DNA of 64,000 bases from an uncultured Armatimonadetes bacterium (GCA_963717145.1 OY970325.1:4000001-4064000); one strand, 5' to 3'. Positions 21,085 through 31,185 are shown, numbered from the stretch's first letter. Notes: generated from the letters alone by a model not told the origin. Made by a program: numbers and translations.

Positions 21085-21180
21085 ACTCTTCACACTTTCG
21101 ACTGCATAATAGCATTTTGGGCTCCCGATTGCCAAGTGCGAGGGGAAAGCGCGGCGGAGGAGTAATAGGTAAGACGGATG

Positions 21181-21279
21181 GCTGGGAGGGCGAGGCTCCG
21201 TCCGACCCGGATGCTTCGGTAGCAGAACGGAGTGCCGCTGCCGAAGCATCCGGGTCGGACGGAGCCTCGCCCTCCCAGC
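21181..21279. repeat. REP-like doublet (GGGAGGGCGAGGCTCC arms) enclosing a GATGCTTCGGTAGC unit
   Basis: Long near-perfect inverted repeat; the inner unit recurs at 59375-59474. Confidence 0.85.
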
Positions 21280-21309
21280 GACCGTTCATACAAAGGAGCT
21301 ATTCGACTC

Positions 21310-23889
21310 ATGGACATATCACTCAACGGTTCGGACTGGAAGGTCAAGTACTTCACGATCGGGGAGGCTCGTGGCAAGCAGCCGTTCAACCCCGACCATG
21401 ACATAAGCTGGTGGATGGACGCCACCGTCCCGGGCGTCGTGCAGAGGGACCTCCTGCGGGCGGGGCGCATCCCGGATCCATATGCGGACCTGAACGCCCG
21501 GCAGATCGAGTGGGTCCCGAACCGCGACTGGGTCTACGCCAAGTCGTTCGCCGTGCCACCGACGATCAAGGGCCGCACGATCCGCCTCCATTTCGAGGGG
21601 ATCGACTACTATGCCGACATCTACCTCAACGGCAAGCATCTCGGTCGAAGCGAGAACATGTTCATCCCGGTGGACTTCGATGTCACGGACATCCTCCAAG
21701 ATGAGAACCGGCTGGTCGTGATCCTTGACCCCGCGCCGGCGGAGATCGGCCAGATCGGCCACACGAGCGAGGTTCGCACATACAAGACCCGGATGAGCTA
21801 CGGCTGGGACTTCGCGGTCCGGCTCATCCCACTCGGCATCTGGGATGACGTGAAGCTGATCGTCACCGGCAGCCCGTACATCGCCGATTCCTGGGCGCAT
21901 ACCGAGCTGTCGGAGGACCTGCATTCCGCGAACCTCACGATGCGGACGAAGGTCCAGGCCGACGAGCCGCAGACGGTCACCGTCCAGACCCGCATCCTCT
22001 TCGGAGAGACTCTGGTCTCATCGCAAGAATCTTCTGTGAACGCGTCGGGCCTGACCGAGGTCGCGCAGTCGTTCACCATCGAGAACCCACATCTCTGGTG
22101 GCCGAACGGTCACGGCGACCCGAACCTCTACCGCGCGGAGGTGGTCGTTCTCTCCGACGGCGACGAACTCGACCGCCGGGAGTTCGACTTCGGCTTCAAG
22201 CGCGTGCGGCTGATCCCGAATCCCGGCCTCGCGGAGGAACTGCTCCCCTGGAACTTCGAGGTCAATGGCAAGCGCATCTACCTCAAGGGCTGGAACTGGG
22301 TACCGGCGGATTCGATGTACGGCATAGTCTCACCGATCGTTGGGGAGGGAGTTGAACTCCCTCATCCAGTCACGGGGGAGGGAGTTCAACTCCCTCCCCA
22401 ACAATCGGTGACAAGGTACGAAGCCCTGATCCGGCTTGCGAAGGAGGCGAACGTCAACCTCCTGCGCGTCTGGGGCGGCGGCCTGATCGAGAAGGAGGCG
22501 TTCTACGGCATCTGCGACCATAGCGGCATAATGGTCTGGCAGGAGTTCATCCTCTCGTCCTCCGGCCTCGACAACGATCCGCCGACGGACCCGGCGTATC
22601 TCGAGCTGATCCGCCGCTCGGCGGAGAACATCATCCCCCGGCGGCGAAACCATGCCTGCCACGCGGTCTGGTGCGGCGGGAACGAGCTGACCTGGACCGG
22701 CACCGAGGATGCCGCCATGCGCACGATACACGAGGCGGTCTCAGGTCTCGACCCGGGGAAGATATACGTCCCCACCTCGCCGATGCGCACGTTCAAGGAA
22801 GGCGAGCCTCAGGAGATCGATATCCACGGCGACTGGCAGTACTTCGGCACGGACCGCCATTACGAGATCAACAACGCGCGCCGATCGGCCTTCCACAGTG
22901 AGTTCGGCTGCGAGGGAGCGGCGAACATCGAGACGATCCGACAGGTCGTGAAGCATGCCGACCTGATGCCGATCTCGAACCGGAACGAGCTGTGGACCTT
23001 CCGCGGCGAATGGTGGATCAACACGCACGTCCTGGAGGGCATCTTCGGCCCGCTCACCGACATCGAAGCCTTCGTGCGGATGAGTCAGTTCATCCAGTGG
23101 GAGGGCCTCCGGTATGCCGTCGAACAGAACCGACGGCGGAAATACGCGTCCGGCGGCACGATCCCCTGGCAGTTCAACGAGCCCTGGCCGAACCTGAGTT
23201 GCACCAACGCGGTCGACTACTTCCTGCGCCCGAAGCCGGCGTACTATGCGGTCAAGGCGGCATACGAGCCGGTCCACGTGAGCGCGAAGTACGACCGGCT
23301 CGGATGGAATCCCGGCGAGGAGTTCCGCGCGGAATTGTGGGTCAACAACTCCGGCCCGGCTCAGGGATGCATGCTCGCGTGGACGATCATCAGTGCGGAG
23401 GGCGACCGCTTCATGTCCGGCGAGAAGACGCTCGACCTGGCGGAGAACTCGGCGTTCAGGGCGGAGGATGTTGTCTGGCGGGTCGAGGCGGGCTTCGAGC
23501 GGCTGTTCGTCCTGGAACTGCGGCTGATCGGACCGGACGGAGCGGAGGTGTCGCGGAACAGCTACCTCTTCAGCGCGAACCCGGCCCCGATCTTCGACCG
23601 CCTGCTCGCGCTCCCGGCGACGACGATCCAGGTCGAGCAGGGCAAGGCCGTCGAACGTGCCGGACACACCGAGGTCCCGCTCACCGTTCGGAACACCGGC
23701 GCGAACTACGCGTTCTTCGTCCAGATATCGTCCGATTCTCCCTGCTGGGCTGTGTACTACGGCCGGAACTACCTCCTCATCGCGCCCGGCGACTTCGAGA
23801 CCGTGATCGTCAGATATGAAGGAAACGAGCCCTCGTTCTCGGCCCGGGCATGGAATTCCGAGTTGACAATATCTCGAAATTTGAGATAG
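21310..23889 (+). CDS. GH2 beta-mannosidase-like glycoside hydrolase
   Basis: FEGIDY, YGWDF, KGWNWVP, LRVWGGG, WCGGNE, SEFG and WQFNEPWP motifs; RBS AAGGAG. Confidence 0.92.
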   Translation: MDISLNGSDWKVKYFTIGEARGKQPFNPDHDISWWMDATVPGVVQRDLLRAGRIPDPYADLNARQIEWVPNRDWVYAKSFAVPPTIKGRTIRLHFEGIDYYADIYLNGKHLGRSENMFIPVDFDVTDILQDENRLVVILDPAPAEIGQIGHTSEVRTYKTRMSYGWDFAVRLIPLGIWDDVKLIVTGSPYIADSWAHTELSEDLHSANLTMRTKVQADEPQTVTVQTRILFGETLVSSQESSVNASGLTEVAQSFTIENPHLWWPNGHGDPNLYRAEVVVLSDGDELDRREFDFGFKRVRLIPNPGLAEELLPWNFEVNGKRIYLKGWNWVPADSMYGIVSPIVGEGVELPHPVTGEGVQLPPQQSVTRYEALIRLAKEANVNLLRVWGGGLIEKEAFYGICDHSGIMVWQEFILSSSGLDNDPPTDPAYLELIRRSAENIIPRRRNHACHAVWCGGNELTWTGTEDAAMRTIHEAVSGLDPGKIYVPTSPMRTFKEGEPQEIDIHGDWQYFGTDRHYEINNARRSAFHSEFGCEGAANIETIRQVVKHADLMPISNRNELWTFRGEWWINTHVLEGIFGPLTDIEAFVRMSQFIQWEGLRYAVEQNRRRKYASGGTIPWQFNEPWPNLSCTNAVDYFLRPKPAYYAVKAAYEPVHVSAKYDRLGWNPGEEFRAELWVNNSGPAQGCMLAWTIISAEGDRFMSGEKTLDLAENSAFRAEDVVWRVEAGFERLFVLELRLIGPDGAEVSRNSYLFSANPAPIFDRLLALPATTIQVEQGKAVERAGHTEVPLTVRNTGANYAFFVQISSDSPCWAVYYGRNYLLIAPGDFETVIVRYEGNEPSFSARAWNSELTISRNLR
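22330..22411. repeat. REP-like doublet inserted in frame in the GH2 gene
   Basis: GTTGGGGAGGGAGTTGAACTCCCTC arms; encodes SPIVGEGVELPHPVTGEGVQLPPQQSV. Confidence 0.85.
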
Positions 23890-23892
23890 AAT
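23863..23892 (+). promoter_or_regulatory. TA operon promoter with an operator palindrome
   Basis: TTGACA-N18-TAGAAT with TATCTC-N7-GAGATA (23870-23888) covering the spacer. Confidence 0.65.
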
Positions 23893-23901
23893 GGTGGAAA
23901 G

Positions 23902-24261
23902 ATGAAGTTCGAGGTCAAGTTCTACAAAGACAAGAACGGAGACTGCCCTGTCCGGCGATTCATGAATGATCTCAAGCGCGACCAGCCGGCGCTACACCGA
24001 CTTACCGACGGTGGGATCAACAAGCTGAGGGACGGCCGGAGACATGGATGGCCGTTGACGCGAAGCATCGGCGAAGGGTTGTTCGAGTTGCGGGTCGGTC
24101 ACAAAGACATATCCCGGGTGATATGGTTCTTCCATTCCGGGAGGAAGATTGTCCTTGTGCATGGTTTCGTGAAGAAGACCGATGAGCTGCCAAGGGCGGA
24201 TTTGAGGATTGCGAACGAAAGAAGGACGGACTACCTTCGACGAGTTGGGGAAAGCGAATGA
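23902..24261 (+). CDS. higB: Type II toxin, RelE/ParE superfamily (HigB/Gp49-like)
   Basis: FYKDKNGDCPV, GLFELRV, RVIWFF, LVHGFVKKT; lies upstream of an HTH gene. Confidence 0.85.
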   Translation: MKFEVKFYKDKNGDCPVRRFMNDLKRDQPALHRLTDGGINKLRDGRRHGWPLTRSIGEGLFELRVGHKDISRVIWFFHSGRKIVLVHGFVKKTDELPRADLRIANERRTDYLRRVGESE

Positions 24262-24674
24262 GTGACGTGGAAGAGAGTTTTGACGACTATCTGCGTGAAG
24301 AGCTGAAGGAGCCCGGATTCGCCCAGGGGTTTGCCGAGGCGAATGAGGCATGGGATATGGTCATCGATCTGGTCAAGCTCCGAGAAGCAAAGGGGCTGAC
24401 TCAGGCGCAGCTTGCCGAGATGGTGGGTACCAAGCAGCAGAACATCGCGCGTATCGAGAACCCGGCCTACGACGGGCACTCTCTGAAGTTGCTGCGTCGG
24501 GTAGCCGGCGCGCTCGGGATGGTGGTGCGCGTGCAGTTCGTTACCGCGGAACAGGTCGTTGCTGAGGAGCTGGGCGACAACCAGAAGCCCGCACCAACCG
24601 TCTACCGCAAACGCAGGCCGAAGGTCACGAGCGTCAAGAAGGCGATGGTCGTGAGGGAAACGCCGCCTGAGTAG
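24258..24674 (+). CDS. higA: XRE-family HTH antitoxin (HigA-like)
   Basis: LREAKGLTQAQLAEMVGTKQQNIARIE; ATGA overlap with the toxin. Confidence 0.85.
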   Translation: MSDVEESFDDYLREELKEPGFAQGFAEANEAWDMVIDLVKLREAKGLTQAQLAEMVGTKQQNIARIENPAYDGHSLKLLRRVAGALGMVVRVQFVTAEQVVAEELGDNQKPAPTVYRKRRPKVTSVKKAMVVRETPPE

Positions 24675-24677
24675 CCA

Positions 24678-26273
24678 TTATCGCGCCAGTTGCCAGATGA
24701 TGTCTTCGGCGTTGCGGCCGTCATACGTTGAGTAGCGCATGTCCTCCGTCGAGAACGGCGGTTTTGGTGGACGCAAGTGCGGCGGTGGCATGGGCGGCGA
24801 GATCACCTCATCCGTTGGCGTTCCAGGCGGGGGTGTCTCCAACGGAATACCATGTTGAGGTTCACCTGAGGCCTGGGGAGCGCCCGCGGTCGCCGGGGTA
24901 TAGCCCGGCGGAGGTGTCTCGATCGGAGCCTCCACCGGCAACTTTTCCGGCGGATGGTCGTACGAGATCCCGCCGTCGTCCTTCAGGTTCTCCCCGATGC
25001 TGTAGAAGATGCAGCCCTTGCCCTGTCGCCTGTAGACGAAGTCCTTCCCGCTGTACGGGTCCTGAGGAAGCTTCCATCCAAGTCTCGATCTCAACTCGCC
25101 GAGAGATCGTGGGTAGCCGCCGAACCGGTCCCTGTACGCTAGAAGGGCGCAGAGCACCTGCCCGCCGCTCACCTCGGCGATTGCATCATCGCGATCATCG
25201 ATGATGCTGCTGAAGACGGACAGCAGCGTTTCCGAGCCGAGCGCGTAAGCAGGGAGTTTCTCCTTCTCGAGGAGAGCCGACCGCTTGGTCTTCAGCATCC
25301 TGTAGGGCAGAACGGTATTCCGCATCCTATCCTCCATGCCTTTGAGGTAGACCAACTCGTCCGCGTATACTATCGGCGTGCGCGAATGGAGTGGAGCGAT
25401 CACCGGGTACCAGGCCTCAGGGTCCGGGCCTGTCAGATTGCTGCAAAGGCACCCGAAGGTCATGTACTCGTTGATCATTTCCGGGTTCTTGCGGAACTCG
25501 TCGAACGACCACAGGCCGAATACCGTCTCCATTCGCATGGCCCGAGCATATCCTGGATTCAGGTCGATGGATGCCAGCGCGTAATACAGCCTCTTCGCCT
25601 GATCGGAATCTATCTGCGTTTCCTGGGCGACAAGCTCTAAGCTGCGAGCGTGAATCCGCAGTGCGGCATATCTGACGAGCTGCGATATGATCGACGGCTC
25701 TTCTGCGAGCGATTCGGACAACTTGGGCCCAAGCGCCAGTGATCGAACGGCCTCGTCGGGTCGGTTGTCCACGGCGCTCACGATCGCATCTGCCGCCAGG
25801 AGACGCGCCAGTGACCGCAGTTTCGGCAGGTGCGGGGATAGTGCTGCAGCGCCCTTCTCCCACTCGACGGGGAACACGCATTTCGGGCGAGAGGTCGCCT
25901 GCTCTATCAGGTCGATCACGTGCCTGTTGCGCTCCAAGACCTTCATCCCCCTGGCCCACGAAGCCGGATCATCGAGGCGCTTCTCAGGCGACAAGAGGCT
26001 TGAGAAGGCCTCACTGTCTTCATCCGTAAGCGGCTCTTCCATCTCCGCGAAGACCCTCGCATAGATGACGGCGGCGTTCTCGGAGTTCCGGACCTTCTTC
26101 GGGGCGATGTCGGCGAGGGTTGTCGGCTCGCCGCTTGCCTTCAGTTTGGCGATCTCCGACGCGACCTTCCGACTTAGGACCAGCGTGAGCACGAGGTCCG
26201 TGACGATCACGACCAGCGCGATGACGATCACGATCTTCCCCAGGAGCTTGAGCCCTCTCTTGACCTTGTTCAT
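24678..26273 (-). CDS. Membrane-anchored hypothetical protein with a GspG/pseudopilin-like C-terminal motif and Pro-rich insert
   Basis: N-terminal TM; YPRSLGEL...PQDPYSGKDFVYR...YSIGENLKDDGG. Confidence 0.7.
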   Translation of the reverse strand: MNKVKRGLKLLGKIVIVIALVVIVTDLVLTLVLSRKVASEIAKLKASGEPTTLADIAPKKVRNSENAAVIYARVFAEMEEPLTDEDSEAFSSLLSPEKRLDDPASWARGMKVLERNRHVIDLIEQATSRPKCVFPVEWEKGAAALSPHLPKLRSLARLLAADAIVSAVDNRPDEAVRSLALGPKLSESLAEEPSIISQLVRYAALRIHARSLELVAQETQIDSDQAKRLYYALASIDLNPGYARAMRMETVFGLWSFDEFRKNPEMINEYMTFGCLCSNLTGPDPEAWYPVIAPLHSRTPIVYADELVYLKGMEDRMRNTVLPYRMLKTKRSALLEKEKLPAYALGSETLLSVFSSIIDDRDDAIAEVSGGQVLCALLAYRDRFGGYPRSLGELRSRLGWKLPQDPYSGKDFVYRRQGKGCIFYSIGENLKDDGGISYDHPPEKLPVEAPIETPPPGYTPATAGAPQASGEPQHGIPLETPPPGTPTDEVISPPMPPPHLRPPKPPFSTEDMRYSTYDGRNAEDIIWQLAR

Positions 26274-27700
26274 GGCCGAGGACTCCCTCCCCACCACACG
26301 ATATCCCCGAGGTCCGAGTCGCTGTTGATCGGCGGCTCACGGCCACCGTCGTTCTTCATGTTCTTGCCGATGCTGTAGAGCAGGAATCCCTTGCCCTCAC
26401 GGCGGTAGATGAAATCCTTGCCGCTGAATGGGTCCTTGAGCAATTCGGTGTCCGAGGGGCGGAGTCGGGCCAGGCTGTCGGGGTACTCCCCGTGCTGACG
26501 CTCATACGAACTGAGCGCCAGGGCAATCCGGGCGATGCGTGTCTCGGCCAGGGACTCGTGCACGGCCATCTTGGCCCTGCTGAACACCGGCATGATGAGG
26601 CTGGACACGGGCACGGAGAGCTGATGTACTTCTTCCAGATCCTCCTCATTACCACGGGAAGCAGTGATCGGCACGTCGGCATCGGCGATGATCTTGCCCA
26701 TGTGGTGGAGATAAAACCGCTCGTCCGAGTAGAGCAGAGGCCTGAGAACAACTGCCAACAGCCTGGGGGAAGTCGGGCGGTTCACGTGCACTGCACTCAG
26801 GTCCATCACTTCAAATACCAACCGGGGGTCTCTCCTGATCTGCTCGAACGTTATCAGGCCCGTCGCGCGCTCGCCCTGCAGGGCCTTCCGGTAGTCCGGC
26901 CGCAGATCGGCGTCCGCGAGCAGGCTCGACAGGCGGGAGGTCTGTTCGTCGTCCAGGCTGCCATATTGCAGAGCCTCCTGGAGGTTGCGGCAGGTGATGC
27001 TGATGATCGCTCTTCGCACCAGCACTCCTATCAGAATCGGCTCGTTCGTGATTGAGTGGGCCATGCGCAAGCTCAACGAGATCGACTGCTCGGCATCAGC
27101 CATCCTCCCATCTTTCGCTGCAACGATGGCGTTGGCGTTGGCAAGCAAGGCCAGTGCCCTGAACTGAGAGTAATGCGGATATGTTGCTGTGAATCCGTCC
27201 TCCCAGCTCACCGGGAAGCGGCATTTCTCCATGGAGGCGGCGCGCTCGGCGATCTCCAGCGCCTTCTCGTACTTGCGGACGATCACGCGGGCTCTGTCCC
27301 AGCTCTCGGGGTCGGCCTTGCGCTTCTCAGCATCGGTGAATAGCCACAACTGCTCATTATCCGTGCGGTCAGCTTTGAAATCTGGCAGGAGTTGGAAGGC
27401 TTTCGCATATACAAGCGCCGCGTTCTCGGCGTCCGGGACTTTCGGTCCAACCAGCTCGGTGATGGAAGGCAGTTCGCCTCTCGCTCGGAGGGCCACCTTG
27501 TCGGCTGCGAGCATCCGACCGGTGATGAATGTGGCGATCCCATCGACAACCGCGACTACGACCAGGAACACGAGCAGAATCTTCGCCGTCCGTATCGCTA
27601 TCGGCTTAGCTCTTCGGCGCAGTCGACTGCCCAGCCGAAGAAGTCCCATGCCCATCGGCCGAAGCGTCGGGAAGTAGTCGCCGTCTACTGATCGTTTCAT
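26270..27700 (-). CDS. Paralogue of 24678-26273
   Basis: YPDSLARL...DPFSGKDFIYR...YSIGKNMKNDGG; shared ENAA.Y and C.FPV.WE motifs; RBS AAGGAGG. Confidence 0.7.
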   Translation of the reverse strand: MKRSVDGDYFPTLRPMGMGLLRLGSRLRRRAKPIAIRTAKILLVFLVVVAVVDGIATFITGRMLAADKVALRARGELPSITELVGPKVPDAENAALVYAKAFQLLPDFKADRTDNEQLWLFTDAEKRKADPESWDRARVIVRKYEKALEIAERAASMEKCRFPVSWEDGFTATYPHYSQFRALALLANANAIVAAKDGRMADAEQSISLSLRMAHSITNEPILIGVLVRRAIISITCRNLQEALQYGSLDDEQTSRLSSLLADADLRPDYRKALQGERATGLITFEQIRRDPRLVFEVMDLSAVHVNRPTSPRLLAVVLRPLLYSDERFYLHHMGKIIADADVPITASRGNEEDLEEVHQLSVPVSSLIMPVFSRAKMAVHESLAETRIARIALALSSYERQHGEYPDSLARLRPSDTELLKDPFSGKDFIYRREGKGFLLYSIGKNMKNDGGREPPINSDSDLGDIVWWGGSPRP

Positions 27701-27862
27701 GATCGCCTGCCTCCTTCGGTGTTCCTCAGGTGCATCTGACACGTGTCAGTAGATTAGACAACCGAGGGAGGTCGGAAGTTCCGGGGATGGATCCTGCAGA
27801 CTCTGCCATTGACCGGAGGACGCGAAACGCTCTACAATGCCCTGGGAAAGGCGGTGGACGGA

Positions 27863-29304
27863 ATGGAGCGTCGCGAGTTCTTGAAAGCAGTCGGTGGCGG
27901 CTTGTGCGTGGCAGCCGTGGGAGCAACCTCGGAGGCCGTGGCGGAGAGCCCCCGGAAGCCGAACATCATCCTCTGTATGGCCGATGACCAGGGCTGGGGC
28001 GACATGGCCTACAATGGCCACCCCGTCCTCAAGACCCCGAACTTCGACAAGATGGCCGCTGAGGCCTTACGGTTCGACCGATTCTATGCCGCCGCGCCGG
28101 TCTGCTCGCCGACGCGTGGGAGTTGCATGACCGGCCGGACCCCAACCGCTTCGGCTGCTTCAGTTGGGGCTATCCGATCCGCCCGCAGGAGGTCACCGTC
28201 GCCGAGGCGCTCAAGCAAGCCGGGTACGTCACGGGCCACTTCGGCAAGTGGCACCTCGGTCCGTCCTGAAGGGCAGTCCGGTCAATCCCGGCGCGTGCGG
28301 CTTCGATGAATGGTTCTCCGCGCCGAACTTCTTCGACAACGACCCGATCCTCAGCCGCGAGGGCGTCGCCGTTCAGACCAGGGGCGAAAGCTCGATGGTG
28401 ACGGTCGACGCCGCGCTGGAGTTCATCCGCAAGCATTCCAAGAGCGACAAGCCTTTCCTCGCGGTGGTGTGGTTCGGCTCGCCGCACCTTCCGCACAAGG
28501 CGGCCAAGGAGGATCGAGCGCTCTACGCCAACCAGAAGGACGATCTTGCGAACTATTACGGCGAGATCACCGGCATGGATCGGGCGCTGGGGAAGCTTCG
28601 CGGCGAACTGAAGACGCTGGGCATACAAGATGACACGATCCTCTGGTACTGCAGCGACAACGGCGGCATCGACACGTACAGCGTCACCGGAGGACGCGGG
28701 AGGAAGAGCCAGGTCTACGAAGGCGGCCTCCGCGTGCCGGCGATCCTCGAGTGGCCCGCACGGATCCCCAGGCCGCGCGTGACGAACGTTCCCTGCGTCA
28801 CCTCCGACTTCTTCCCTACCCTGCTCGAAGTCGCCGGCGTGACCCCGAAGAGCGGTCGGCCGTTGGACGGGATCAGCCTCATGCCGCTGATCGAGGAGAA
28901 GTCTGCGGCGAGATCGAAGCCGATCGGGTTCTGGGACATCAAGGCGGCTCGGCATCAGGACACCGACCGACGAGTGGATGACCGAACTCCTTGCGATGCA
29001 GAAGGAAGGCAAGGAGGATACCGATCCGGCCCGATTGTGTCCGGATGCGGGCAAGATCGAGAAGCAGTACGCGGAGGACGCGTTCCCCGGGCACTCGGCA
29101 TGGCTCGACTGGCCGTGGAAGCTCCACCGGATCGAAGACAAGGATTCGCAGGTCAAGCTGGAATTGTACAACCTGGCGGAGGATCCACTTGAGAAGACGG
29201 ACCTGTCCGCTCGGGAGACCGATCGGGTGAGCGCGATGAGACCGAAGCTGGAGACATGGCTGGCATCAGTCGTTCGGAGCCTCAACGGGAAGGATTACGG
29301 CTGA
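27863..29304 (+). CDS. Tat-exported Cys-type sulfatase (frameshifts at ~28139, ~28260, ~28950)
   Basis: MERREFLK Tat motif, [47 protein letters not shown]. Confidence 0.85.
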
Positions 29305-29317
29305 CCGGGCGAAGCAT

Positions 29318-29406
29318 TGCCCCATGATGTTGGGGAGGGAGTTGGACTCCCTCCCCCTGCGCCTAACGGGGAGGGAGTCCAACTCCCTCCCCAACATCAT
29401 GGGGCA
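29318..29406. repeat. REP-like doublet overlapping the amidohydrolase 3' end
   Basis: TGCCCCATGATGTTGGGGAGGGAGTTGGACTCCCTCCCC and its reverse complement. Confidence 0.85.
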
Positions 29407-30673
29407 GGTTGGTTTTCTCCTCGATGCGGAAATTCTCGAAGGCGTTCGTGCGGAGGAGGCGGCCGGCGGCATAGACCGCATACTCCTCGGTGAATCGTCC
29501 CTCGATGACCTTCTCGAACAGCACGCGGGCGATCTCCCGGCGCGCGATCCCGGAGTGGCCGTACGTGCCCTCGACGAAGATGAAGTCGCCGCCGAAGCCG
29601 TGGATCTTGGTCAGCGGAACCGTCTCCAGCATGTCGGAGAGATACCTGCGCGCGGCCGGCGGGTTGAAGATCCATGCCCAGCAGAAGTCGATCCAGACGT
29701 TCGGGAAGTTCTTGCAGATATCGATCAGCTCCTCGGTGTACGGCCATGAGATGTGGTAGATGTCGAACTTCACTTTCGGATACGCCATGATCAGCGGGAT
29801 GAGGAGCGCCGCCCGGCTGTTCCTGATGTCGTTTCCGTTGCCCTCCTGCAGGCCGGTATGGAACTTCACGGGCAGGTTGTACTCCTCGCACTTGCCCATC
29901 AAGTAGTGGACGAGGAAGTCCTCGACCGACCGCCGCTCGGATGTCGTCGGATGGCCCTTCACGACCTGCAAGAACGACCGCTCGGCCCAACTGCGCGAGA
30001 CATCCTCGAATGCGAGCGTCCTGTTATACGCCCGCCCGATCTTGAGCGCCGACGCCTGGCGCGCATACTGCTCGAAGTAGTGATCGACGACCGCCAGGTA
30101 CTCGGTCAGGCTCCCCATCGGCATGTCGGTATCCTTCGTCAAGTAATCGAAGTCCATCGGGGTGAAGTCATCGGCCATGTCATAGATGAACAGGCCGGGA
30201 TACGCCGTGCGCGGCATCACCGGGTTGAGATCCCAGCAGTTTCCCAGCGCCAATTCGATCCCGGCGCGATTGAAGACCTCCCGGGTCCACGACTCCCTCG
30301 GGACCGCGTTCATCTTCTCGCTCAATGGTTCGACGGTGTCGTCGGTGAGGTCGTCGAAGCCGTAGAGGTCCAGGATTGCGAGCCGGATGCACTCGCAGTA
30401 GCCGGTATTCCAAGAGCGCTCATACCACGGCTTGACGAGCCGCCACTTCTCCTGAGGCGACAGGCCGGAATCCATCTTCTGGACCTGCGCCATCTCATCC
30501 TGAGGCATCCCGACGGAGATCAGGTCGCAGCTCGCGTAGTGAGTGAACAGGCGTCCGAAGTCGATACGGCCCATCTCGGCGAGTTGGAACGGGAGCGTCA
30601 GATGCTCGTGTGTGTCGATGATCTGCACCTTGTCAACCTCGATGCGCATCGTGTTGTAGAGATCTGCGTACAT
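29363..30673 (-). CDS. Amidohydrolase superfamily protein (amidohydro_2/UxaC-like)
   Basis: IIDTHEH, KFHTG, YHISWPY, DFCWAW and FGGD motifs. Confidence 0.85.
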   Translation of the reverse strand: MYADLYNTMRIEVDKVQIIDTHEHLTLPFQLAEMGRIDFGRLFTHYASCDLISVGMPQDEMAQVQKMDSGLSPQEKWRLVKPWYERSWNTGYCECIRLAILDLYGFDDLTDDTVEPLSEKMNAVPRESWTREVFNRAGIELALGNCWDLNPVMPRTAYPGLFIYDMADDFTPMDFDYLTKDTDMPMGSLTEYLAVVDHYFEQYARQASALKIGRAYNRTLAFEDVSRSWAERSFLQVVKGHPTTSERRSVEDFLVHYLMGKCEEYNLPVKFHTGLQEGNGNDIRNSRAALLIPLIMAYPKVKFDIYHISWPYTEELIDICKNFPNVWIDFCWAWIFNPPAARRYLSDMLETVPLTKIHGFGGDFIFVEGTYGHSGIARREIARVLFEKVIEGRFTEEYAVYAAGRLLRTNAFENFRIEEKTNLPHDVGEGVGLPPR

Positions 30674-30689
30674 GATTTCTCCTGTATTC

Positions 30690-31151
30690 TCATTTCAGGT
30701 CCAGACGGTAGCGGCATACCTGTCTGAGTCCCCTCTGATACATATCGTGGTGCCCGGGCAGAGGCACTATCTCGATCATCTCCGCGCCGAGACGCTCGCA
30801 GGTTCTGCGAGAAGGAGCGTTCTCCGGGTCGCAGGTGATCCAGATCGTGTCGAGACCATGGGCCTTGGCCAGCGGGAGGACGAGTCGACATGCTCGCTCG
30901 GCGTAGTGGTTGCCACGGTGCTCCGGCTGGACGCTGTATCCGATGTGACCGCAGTACGTGATGACATCGTCAGTGTTGCCGACCCGAAGATTGAGCCCGC
31001 CTGCCTTCCGCCCACCAACCCTCATATCGAATACATAGGCAGGCAGCCAACTGCGCTCCGGTTCGGCAGGCAACGTCTTGACGACCACAACCTCAATCTC
31101 GCCGTCAACCAGCGGGCCGGGATCGATGAATTCAAAGTCCTGATTTGTCAC
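30690..31151 (-). CDS. GNAT family N-acetyltransferase
   Basis: GHIGYSVQPEHRGNHYA, ITCDPENAPSRRTCERLG. Confidence 0.88.
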   Translation of the reverse strand: MTNQDFEFIDPGPLVDGEIEVVVVKTLPAEPERSWLPAYVFDMRVGGRKAGGLNLRVGNTDDVITYCGHIGYSVQPEHRGNHYAERACRLVLPLAKAHGLDTIWITCDPENAPSRRTCERLGAEMIEIVPLPGHHDMYQRGLRQVCRYRLDLK

Positions 31152-31185
31152 TATTCACTTCCCTCAGAATGACAGTGTGAACCGC

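Noticed and set aside
21232-21309. Extended N-termini from the ORF track (also 2084-2287, 44902-44958, 59497-59595, 62261-62404)
   Set aside because: These extensions run through palindromic repeats or leaders; downstream starts have better RBS and family-consistent N-termini.
27863-29304. Calling the sulfatase, GH127, GH2, csp and other split genes pseudogenes
   Set aside because: Only isolated short indels, no nonsense codons or motif decay; the pattern fits sequencing error.
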